64,000 nucleotides of DNA. It comes from Alphaproteobacteria bacterium (GTDB lineage: Bacteria; Pseudomonadota; Alphaproteobacteria; Paracaedibacterales; VGCI01). Shown piece by piece: positions 9,701 through 16,565 of this stretch (positions are counted from its first letter, which is position 1; the number at the start of each line of letters is the position of its first letter). A program made the translations under genes and the position numbers. The stretch lies in contig JAIESE010000013.1 in the NCBI GenBank assembly GCA_019746225.1, forward strand, positions 106,063-170,062. Direction: 5' to 3'. The notes beneath the pieces were generated by a model that worked only from the letters and a program-made list of their open reading frames with translations, had not been told where the DNA came from and did no database searches.

Positions 9701-10670
9701 CCTGTTTTCCATCTGGCTCTTGTCCTTCAAATCCCTTAAGACAGAAATCCCCCATGCGGCACATGGAAAATACATCGCCCAGTTCGGCCCCTCTCCTTGC
9801 GAATTCTAATGTTTTGGGCACATGTTGGCCCTGAGCTGAAGATTCGAGCATACTCCATAAACAACGCGTGGCTTTAAAGTGACCGAGTCGTGCTGCATGC
9901 TCAAAGTAAACAAGAGCCATTGCATTGTTCTGGCCCCTCACATAAGTACAAGCAATCTCAAAGAGGTCGTCTTTGTCTCCTTGCAACGTTGCAATTTCTT
10001 TCTCCAGATCCTTGTAGAGACCGATGCCATTTTTTAGGAGAAAACCATTTAAGTCGCTTAAGGCAACGCTGTACTTCTTGCCCCGCCATTCCTCATAAAA
10101 CGCCTGAATCTGCTGTTTGGGGGTAGGGGGTAGTTTCACAAGAAAAAAGGGATAATTCCGTTTAGAATAACCGGCCGCAACATATTTTTTGGCAGGCTCA
10201 TATCCTCGACTCGCGGCTAAGTAATGCCAAGATGTAAAAGGATTTGTGTCGGTCTTTTCACGCTCTCCCCTTTCAAAATAAGCCCAGGGTAACTGGAGTT
10301 CAACTCCAAAATCTATGAGCTGAGCCAGAATGCCATTTCTATCCTGGTTCGCCGTAATATCAAGCTTTGAAAAGGGTTTGGTCAAGAATCCATAGAGTCT
10401 TCCAACCGATTCAGGAGCGCGGTTTTGAATGGCATCATATTGATAAGCACTTAAAAATAATTCAGAGGATATTTCATCATTAAAAAGAGCACTATTGATC
10501 ACCTTGTGATTCAACAACATCGGAGAGAATGGATATTTTCTTTCAAAAAACTTCTGAGCTTTTGTGAGAACGGAAGCATCAATAGGTGTGGATTCATTCT
10601 CAGCACCTAAAATGGATAAACCAAATAGTGTAAATAACATTACCGCAAGAGAAAAAGTACGTAGCATCAA
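6750..10670 (-). CDS. Giant Sel1-repeat (SLR/TPR-like) protein, EnhC-like, with a non-repeat C-terminal region
   Basis: Signal peptide. More than 20 consecutive ~36-aa units of the type A..YY..AA..G...A...LG.....G. The last ~280 aa are acidic and unique, without repeats. Confidence 0.9.
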   Translation of the reverse strand: MMLRTFSLAVMLFTLFGLSILGAENESTPIDASVLTKAQKFFERKYPFSPMLLNHKVINSALFNDEISSELFLSAYQYDAIQNRAPESVGRLYGFLTKPFSKLDITANQDRNGILAQLIDFGVELQLPWAYFERGEREKTDTNPFTSWHYLAASRGYEPAKKYVAAGYSKRNYPFFLVKLPPTPKQQIQAFYEEWRGKKYSVALSDLNGFLLKNGIGLYKDLEKEIATLQGDKDDLFEIACTYVRGQNNAMALVYFEHAARLGHFKATRCLWSMLESSAQGQHVPKTLEFARRGAELGDVFSMCRMGDFCLKGFEGQEPDGKQALLYYRAGALQRDPIALSKLATLLTDGGSGLPPNPAEGLRHYLDAADLGIISAMYHAGCLLMDGGIGIEQDRHAALQQFNRAAAFQDVHSIFNAGCIIRDGYKDHPPDKRAALRLFERAAALGDAGGMFNVGCIHLEGYDDQKPNYAKALEYFLAAARAGHVKAMVNGATVARKCFDGHEPDDKQALDLLLEAVRHGDVGSLFNVGCLFHTGFKGQEPNFAMALKYYLMAGERGDAEAYMNAAAIYISGYGGLEPNEEEALQCYIKAARLKNVPAMLQAAHALKTGFKGREPNEQEAFHYILMAAAQGHVDSAFNAGFALVKGTYGQAVNKIRALGLFEQAAAGGDVDSIMNVAVICSNGCEGLEPDGNRALEYFKKAASRGSREGMYHAGLNLLKGFKRRKPDHKAALVYFEQAAENGHVEAMFDTGLMIFKTISGNDFEDGEFRRKLKEPNIQKLWAKALNYLRQAADHGHLQAMLHYAMLLFGFVEDDDQALDYFKRAAAHAEAGSEVYRDAHYHAGDLLLGSHKVKGDLKAALKYLRIAAEYGHLEATYNAACLLRDGFEGQSPDLKEAFRLFTNAAQASHVKAICNKGCMLSKGFEGQEPDEAAALDCYKRSAALGDSLSMHHAGVSLLQFSATRSALKYFEEGAAQKDVRSMGMAGIVWLKGFNGQEPDVNKALSYFKKGAALGDITCCYNAGVTLMGLKDRKSIHQAVSHFTMAAHKGYAPAMMALCKVYLFEFDDLIKAEHWFEIARQTDPSVTRDLEDLALRKLHESGGDGDKGDHVDDMTDTEIDALRDQAITTPGKLESPKLVASRTIRTIYAIMGKREPIHVLSEVAEEETDTFSDVEIQEELSEPLPVIRKKGAQLVRLAKGIDLHNQEEEGESKLTDTSFRILDKIKDKSVDHSDLERLFSDPFFMSQIQIFKTKSGFYISAVNRITKRNGTCGTHRNHGQTFDGFDRKFLGNLWKMLDVVYNIGSKMN

Positions 10671-10724
10671 ATATTAAATTCCCATTTAAATTGTCACCCT
10701 TAAGGGAGGGAATGACGTTTCCCC

Positions 10725-11546
10725 TTAAGCAACTTTGGGAACGTACCACTTATGCGTCTCGGTACGCGACAAAGCCTCCACGCCATGGGCGTCAATAAAC
10801 GTGACAACCGCCCACCGGGCATAGGGTTTGCCAATCTGTGACTTATCGACTTGAATGACATCATGCCATCCGGGTGAGAATTTATCCGTGGTCATCACTT
10901 TTTGATAATTGCTCGACAGCATAAAAATGGCCGTGCCGGATTGATGCTCCACGGGCGTCAGATTTTCAGGGCAACTGCCAATGCGAAGCCCGGGACAACT
11001 TTCCGCAATCGCAAGCGTAAACGAACCTGCATCAAAATGCGGTTTAGCCAGAAACTCACCCGAATTTTGCCACTTATACCTCAAAAACCGTAATTGAACA
11101 TGAACATCTTTTGTATCAAAAACTTTGTCACAGATTCCCGGAAAATCTGGCTCAAAAGTTTGAAGGATATCTTTTACTGTTTTGTATGCGGCCTCCCAAA
11201 TGGGTTTTGCTTTCATCATAAAATCCATGACAACCGGATGCTTTTCGAGAAAATCACCATACCTTTCGAACAATGCGGGATTAAAATGGAAAAATTCCTT
11301 ATCGTCATTATATATATGGTCACTCGCGTCACGATGCACATACCCCACATCTCCCCGACGATGGAGAGGGGAGATGGAAAACTGAATATGCTCCTTCACC
11401 GAATCGGGCTCTTCCAAAAATTTAAAAAAAGCCTCAACGGCGGATTCAATCGTTGGTCGTTCAATGGGAAAGGGCACTGTCGCATAAGATTTCTCTGCCA
11501 AGGACTTTTGAAGATTTTCGAAGGTGAGATCGTCATTCTTTTTCAT
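10725..11546 (-). CDS. Probable 2OG-Fe(II) oxygenase superfamily protein
   Basis: LRFLRY...KPHFDAGSFTL (HxD), GLRIG, a distal WHDV histidine and RWAVVTF resemble the isopenicillin-N-synthase-like layout. Confidence 0.55.
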   Translation of the reverse strand: MKKNDDLTFENLQKSLAEKSYATVPFPIERPTIESAVEAFFKFLEEPDSVKEHIQFSISPLHRRGDVGYVHRDASDHIYNDDKEFFHFNPALFERYGDFLEKHPVVMDFMMKAKPIWEAAYKTVKDILQTFEPDFPGICDKVFDTKDVHVQLRFLRYKWQNSGEFLAKPHFDAGSFTLAIAESCPGLRIGSCPENLTPVEHQSGTAIFMLSSNYQKVMTTDKFSPGWHDVIQVDKSQIGKPYARWAVVTFIDAHGVEALSRTETHKWYVPKVA

Positions 11547-11552
11547 TTGCGC

Positions 11553-11631
11553 TTTCCTTATTCATATCCAACACCTGATTTAATGAGATGCTTATTGCAT
11601 ATCATAGGACTACGGAAATATAAAGATGGCC
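11553..11631. repeat. Copy 1 of a ~79-bp direct repeat; this is the 5' UTR and upstream region of the oxygenase gene
   Basis: The core CCTGATTTAATGAGATGCTTATTGCATATCATAGGACTACGGAAATATAAAGATGGCC (11574-11631) recurs at 13430-13487 with one mismatch. Weaker homology extends from TTTCCTTATT. Confidence 0.9.
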
Positions 11632-11847
11632 AATAAACTCTATAATAGTCCATGTCAGTTTACCCATTTATAAGGATTTTGCAATAAGCATACCTCAAAG
11701 CCAATTGAGGTCATCACCACTCCGGGACTAAAATAGCACCCTACGCACTTCACGAATTTTCTTAGTGGGTGAGAGAACACCTCTTAGGGTATGGATGAAA
11801 TATTTTTTATTGCCAAAATCATGCTCTAAACTATACAAACAATGAAA

Positions 11848-11870
11848 CTAGCGTATTTTTACGGTATTGC
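11848..11870 (+). promoter_or_regulatory. Conserved box CTAGCGTATTTTTACGGTATTGC overlapping a putative -35 (site 1)
   Basis: Identical to 49918-49940 and near-identical to 45865-45887. TTGCAT is followed after 16 nt by TATTAT. It lies ~170 nt upstream of the 12042 ATG. Confidence 0.5.
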
Positions 11871-12041
11871 ATAATATAAATATCTTGTTATTATAAAAAA
11901 CTTCAAACGTTTTCAGTTGTTTTTGCTATTAGAAAAGCTCATTTAGCAAGCATGCTAAATATTATATATATTGATGCGCCACAATGCAAAACCAATTTAT
12001 AATTTAATTTTTATATTTAAAAAATAAGGCAAATATTTAAA

Positions 12042-13109
12042 ATGAAGTTTAAAAATTTAATAATTAACATAATTATACCATATATTTCTCTTTTTATTAT
12101 GATATTAATATCCCGTTTTATGATGGGCAATACGTCAATAGGGGTATTTATTGGATTTATTGGATGGTTAATCTTCTTGGCAGGGTATTGGTGGATCAGT
12201 TGTGTGTCAGCGACCTGGAGAAATGAGAAAGGACATTTTTTACATTATTGTACCAGAAAGGATGAATTAACATCGATCAAAATTTTTGAAAATGAGGACC
12301 CAAAGAAAGCAAAAATTATTGAAAGCAGCTATGCCCTCGTCGCCGCAATTAGAGTCAACAAGGAACAAACTCCGAAGCTAAAAGATAGCAAGTTTGGCGG
12401 CGTACCATATTGGCCTAAAGGCAAAGAATACCCAGTAACATCAGGGGGAAAAAGATTAGGCATGCTTGCCCAAATTAACTGCAAAGATGTGCCAAAAGAA
12501 TTAGGCTGGCCAAAGCGGGGGATTGTTCAGTTCTTCCTGAATGATGATGAGGATCATGATTCCTTTCATCCCTTAAATAAAAATCGCTCCCGCGTCATAT
12601 ACCATGAAGACACCAAGTTAGATTCAATAGAATTGAGCGTGGAGCAAGAGCCCATTTACTGGGGAAAAAACTACCCATTCAATTTTTCTCAACCCATGAA
12701 AATTGACTTCATGCTTGGTCATATGTTGCCCGTTCATCCTTCGGCAGATGTACTTTTAAACCCAATGCTAGCAGATCTTCTTGGGGCCACTGACTTTAGA
12801 TATGACACAAAAAATCCAGACCTTACATCCTCCTACTGGATCTATTGGGATCTCAAATGGCATGAATCATTTCCTAATTTCCCTAAACACTATATTGGGG
12901 GTTTTCCCGCAACAGACTATATTGCTGGGATGAGATTTGAGAATTACCCTCGTTATTCTAATCTTCTGCTTCAGATAAGTTCGGAGGGAAAAAAGGATGG
13001 GATCGGCTGGGTTGACGGAGGCCAGGGACAGTTTTTTACTTCTTCTCAAAAGCTAAAAGATAAAGATTTTACAGACGTCTGCTTTGCGGATTATTTTTCG
13101 CATTTCTAA
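12042..13109 (+). CDS. DUF1963 (YwqG-like) domain protein with two N-terminal TM helices
   Basis: KFGGVPYWPKGKEYP...MLAQINC...GIVQFF matches the blocks I recall for DUF1963. AT-rich gene preceded by a ~400-nt very AT-rich leader. Confidence 0.65.
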   Translation: MKFKNLIINIIIPYISLFIMILISRFMMGNTSIGVFIGFIGWLIFLAGYWWISCVSATWRNEKGHFLHYCTRKDELTSIKIFENEDPKKAKIIESSYALVAAIRVNKEQTPKLKDSKFGGVPYWPKGKEYPVTSGGKRLGMLAQINCKDVPKELGWPKRGIVQFFLNDDEDHDSFHPLNKNRSRVIYHEDTKLDSIELSVEQEPIYWGKNYPFNFSQPMKIDFMLGHMLPVHPSADVLLNPMLADLLGATDFRYDTKNPDLTSSYWIYWDLKWHESFPNFPKHYIGGFPATDYIAGMRFENYPRYSNLLLQISSEGKKDGIGWVDGGQGQFFTSSQKLKDKDFTDVCFADYFSHF

Positions 13110-13154
13110 TCAATCTTAAATCTTGATACTCATGATGAGCCCGGTACAAATTCA

Positions 13155-13405
13155 CCCGTACAAATTGAGTATTAACGCAATCCACGGCTTGGGTGAGCTG
13201 AATAGATTTGGGATCTTCCATGGGCAACATGGGCAACATGAAAAACAAATCAAGCTGAACTTGCTGATCCCGTGGCAACAGATCAAACACCATGACCCCT
13301 GCTTTATGGTACGCAAAGCCGAGCTTAAATATACTCTCAAATGCTTTCGTTGTGGCTTTAATCAGACTCAAATCATCATCAACGGGACAAGGCAAAATAA
13401 GGGTT
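13155..13405 (-). pseudogene. Internal fragment of umuC (duplicate of 13942-14184)
   Basis: The translation PCPVDDDLSLIKATTKAFESIFKLGFAYHKAGVM...DPKSIQLTQAVD.VNTQF is near-identical to UmuC residues in the full copy. There is a 9-nt internal duplication (MLPMLPM). It lacks the 5' ~900 nt and the last ~115 nt of the gene. Confidence 0.9.
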
Positions 13406-13408
13406 ACA

Positions 13409-13487
13409 TTTCCTTATTTAAATTCACTGCCTGATTTAATGAGATGCTTATTGCATATCATAGGACCACGGAAATATAAAGATGGCC
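13409..13487. repeat. Copy 2 of the ~79-bp direct repeat, fused to the umuC fragment
   Basis: See 11553-11631. It starts 3 nt after the point where umuC homology ends. Confidence 0.9.
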
Positions 13488-13826
13488 TTAAAGCATTAAA
13501 AAGTTTGTATACCACCAGTATCATTTTAAGTCAGATCTGACGAGGTCCTGTTTCCTCACAATCTTTAAGAGTTTTTTCGACAAACTTGAGTTTTTCTTAT
13601 ATTACTCCGACAACAAAACAGATGATGCTTGAACCTTCCCTCGGGGGAAGGGAAGAGTATGACTGAATAAATGCTATAATTCAACATGTTACGTCATTGC
13701 ATGACCAGAATACATGGTAATTCACCGTGCTGCTCCGGTTTTCTGAGAAAAGTACGGATCACTAAGGACTCTTGAGGTATTGAATAAAGTAGCTGCAACA
13801 ATCTCAGAATCCTTACCTTCCCCCCC

Positions 13827-15095
13827 CTACCGCGCATACGCCTTGGGGAGATCCTGCCAGCAGGTGGTGTAAGCGGGTGAGACATTGCGTTTCTGGTCCC
13901 GCCATCGCAAGCGCTTTCCGCAGGCGGCCGAAAAAAGTGTCCCCCGTCCAAATTGAGTATTCACACGATCCACGGCTTGGGTGAGTTGAATAGATTTTGG
14001 GTCTTCCATGGGCAGCATGGAGAAAAGATCAAGCTGAATTTGCTGATCCCGGGGCAATAGATCAAGCGCCATGACCCCTGCTTTATGGTACGCAAAACCG
14101 GGCTTGAAGATGCTCTCAAACGCCTTCGTTGTGGCTTTAATCAGGCTCAAATCATCATCAACGGGACAGGGCAAAATAAGGGTTGCGTGATTTCGATATT
14201 GGGGCTGATTTTTGCGAAAAAAATTCGTGCGAATCTCCACCAAAACACTGCGCGTCTTTAAGCCATTGATGCGCAACTTTTGGGCCAATCGGGTGGCATA
14301 GGTCGCAACCGCCGCTCGAACATCTTCTTCCTTGACCATGGGCACGGCAAAGCTACGGGATACTTGGATTGATTTTTTAGGATCCTGAATGTCCTCGACC
14401 TCAAGGCAAGACAGCCCATTCAGTTCATGAATGAGACGCTCCCCCACAACCGTAAAGGTGCGCCGCATCCAACGAGGATCGATTTCCTTCAACTGCAGCC
14501 CTGTATAAATACCATAAGCCTGCAGGCGCTCCGTGATGCGACGTCCAATGCCCCAAATGTCCTCAATCTTGATGGCCTTTAGCGCCCCATTCACACGCGC
14601 GTCCGTATCCAAAACACACACGGACCGATACGCCCCCACCCGCTTAGCAAAGTAGTTAGCCACCTTCGCCAAGGTCTTTGTCTTAGCAATGCCGATGGAC
14701 GTGGGAAGTCCCAAAGATTGATAGATCTGATTCCTCAAATGATGCGCCCTTTCCTCTATGCTCACCACACCTGAAAAGTCGATAAATGCTTCATCAATGG
14801 AATAGACTTCGAGGCGCGGAACATGAGATTCAATCAGCGTCATCATGCGCGCGGACATATCCCCATAAAGGGAAAAGTTTGACGAAAAAACGGCAACGTG
14901 ATTTTTAAGGAGAATATCTTTGATTTTGAAATATGGCGCGCCCATGGGGATACCGAGTGCCTTGACCTCTGCGGATCGGGCAATGATGCAGCCATCGTTA
15001 TTCGACAGAACCGCAACGGGACGCCCCACAAGATCGGGGCGAAAGACCCGCTCGCACGAAGCAAAAAAATTATTGCCATCGAGAAGACCAATCAT
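13827..15095 (-). CDS. umuC: Y-family DNA polymerase V catalytic subunit UmuC
   Basis: MIGLLDGNNFFASCERVFRPDL...SIDEAF motifs and a C-terminal SPAYTTCWQDLP. Overlaps the upstream umuD-like gene by 4 nt. Confidence 0.9.
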   Translation of the reverse strand: MIGLLDGNNFFASCERVFRPDLVGRPVAVLSNNDGCIIARSAEVKALGIPMGAPYFKIKDILLKNHVAVFSSNFSLYGDMSARMMTLIESHVPRLEVYSIDEAFIDFSGVVSIEERAHHLRNQIYQSLGLPTSIGIAKTKTLAKVANYFAKRVGAYRSVCVLDTDARVNGALKAIKIEDIWGIGRRITERLQAYGIYTGLQLKEIDPRWMRRTFTVVGERLIHELNGLSCLEVEDIQDPKKSIQVSRSFAVPMVKEEDVRAAVATYATRLAQKLRINGLKTRSVLVEIRTNFFRKNQPQYRNHATLILPCPVDDDLSLIKATTKAFESIFKPGFAYHKAGVMALDLLPRDQQIQLDLFSMLPMEDPKSIQLTQAVDRVNTQFGRGTLFSAACGKRLRWRDQKRNVSPAYTTCWQDLPKAYAR

Positions 15096-15712
15096 GATGA
15101 CCCCTTAAATTCATGAATCACGGATGTGACGACGCCCCAAATCTGAAACGCCATTTCTTCTGTGATGACAAGGGGCGGGTAATTTGGATTTTCAGGCAGG
15201 AGGGTTATAATTTCCCCCTTCATATGAAGACGCTTTACGGTAAGCTCCCCATTGACAACTGCAATCACAATGGCACCGCTTTTCGCTTCCACGGAACGAT
15301 CCACCACCAAAATATCATTGTTGTGAATACCGGCCTGAATCATGGAATCGCCAGATGTTCTGACAAAAAAAGTAGCGGCAGGATGCTGAATCAAGTGCTG
15401 GTTTAAATCCAAAGCCATTTCTAAAAAATCATCAGCGGGCGACGGAAATCCGGCCGACACCCGGCTCGCGTAAAAGGGAAGATTGAGATTGCTTGGCTTT
15501 GAGATACGAATGTCTTGCAAAGTGGCAGAATCAAGGGTAAAAGATGGCTCTGCCTTTCCCTCTTTCCAGGTGCGAATAATGTGATCAAGACTGGGGACAA
15601 GAGAGGCCGGAATACGCTTCGCAACCGTCTTTTCCCCATACACACCGGAGTTCGCCTTGCGCCCCGCTCCGGGTCGTGCTCCCCCTCTTGAATCCTTGTT
15701 AGACATCTTCAT
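15092..15712 (-). CDS. umuD: UmuD-like S24 peptidase with an ~85-aa basic N-terminal extension
   Basis: AG/FPSPADD cleavage-site region, the GDSM serine and the VKRL lysine. The N-terminal GGARPGAGRK...KRIPASLVPSLDHII part is not found in canonical UmuD. Confidence 0.8.
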   Translation of the reverse strand: MKMSNKDSRGGARPGAGRKANSGVYGEKTVAKRIPASLVPSLDHIIRTWKEGKAEPSFTLDSATLQDIRISKPSNLNLPFYASRVSAGFPSPADDFLEMALDLNQHLIQHPAATFFVRTSGDSMIQAGIHNNDILVVDRSVEAKSGAIVIAVVNGELTVKRLHMKGEIITLLPENPNYPPLVITEEMAFQIWGVVTSVIHEFKGSS

Positions 15713-16007
15713 AAATCCTGCTTGATTGAAACTTGTACAACAATCATAACAACAAAAATTTGAAGATGTCTAATAAAACAATTTGAGGAAAATTTTCCCT
15801 CCTTAAATTTAAGGGACACGCTCCTCGAGCTCCAGAGGGAGAGGCCAGGAAATAGCGAAAATCTCATAAATCGAAACACTTGGCGCATTTCATCTTGTCA
15901 TCTTCCCCCACCTCGTGGCATAAAGAGAAAACATTTGGATATGACTTTAGTAGCCAATGCTGGAAAACATCCTAAAAATTACCCAATAATAGTGGAGTTT
16001 TGCAATC

Positions 16008-16547
16008 GTGTTGAAAATAATAGAAAAAAAAATTATCTTTGCCCTCTCTTCAACCCTGATCCTTCTGTCAGGATGCGGCGGTGATTTATCTGCAAAAGAA
16101 GGTCAATCAGTTCCCATGGGACGCGATGAAACGCGAAAGAAAAATTTCGGCAACTTGTTTGGAGATGACTTCCTGGCCTTTGGTGGACCGAAAAAAGGAA
16201 GCTCAACGGGCATGCCGTCTGCAACCGTAAACCCTTTCATTTGGCGCGCATCCCTGGATACCCTGTCCTTTATGCCACTGTCCTCAGCGGATGCTGTTGG
16301 TGGTGTCATCGTAACCGATTGGTTCACGGCCCAAAAGACACCACAGGAAAGAATAAAAGTTACCGTTTATGTTACAAATCCACAATTGCGAGCAGATGCC
16401 ATAAAGGTTACCATTTATAAACAAGCCTATAAGAGTGGAACCTGGGTAAGTGCGCCAGCTGATGCTAATTCAGCGACAGAAATGGAAAATATTATTCTGT
16501 CCAAGGCACGGCAACTACGGGTAAAACACTTAGAAGCGAATAAGTAA
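16008..16547 (+). CDS. DUF3576-type lipoprotein
   Basis: Lipobox LLSGC, FIWRASLDTLSFMPL...GGVIVTDWF, and the position immediately upstream of leuS that is common in alphaproteobacteria. Confidence 0.65.
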   Translation: MLKIIEKKIIFALSSTLILLSGCGGDLSAKEGQSVPMGRDETRKKNFGNLFGDDFLAFGGPKKGSSTGMPSATVNPFIWRASLDTLSFMPLSSADAVGGVIVTDWFTAQKTPQERIKVTVYVTNPQLRADAIKVTIYKQAYKSGTWVSAPADANSATEMENIILSKARQLRVKHLEANK

Positions 16548-16565
16548 CTTTGAGATATTACGAGC

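Noticed and set aside
11094-11636. A 180-aa ORF on the plus strand, antisense to the oxygenase gene, and similar shadow ORFs inside leuS, the Sel1 gene, pilB, xseA, uup and others
   Set aside because: They lie entirely within, and antisense to, or out of frame with, genes that have clear family motifs. Their composition is typical of shadow frames.
15713-15800. A search for an SOS (LexA) box upstream of umuD
   Set aside because: I saw no GTTC-N7-GTTC (alphaproteobacterial) or CTGT-N8-ACAG (E. coli type) site. The nearest palindrome-like string, TTGT-N12-ACAA at ~15735-15754, has the wrong spacing.
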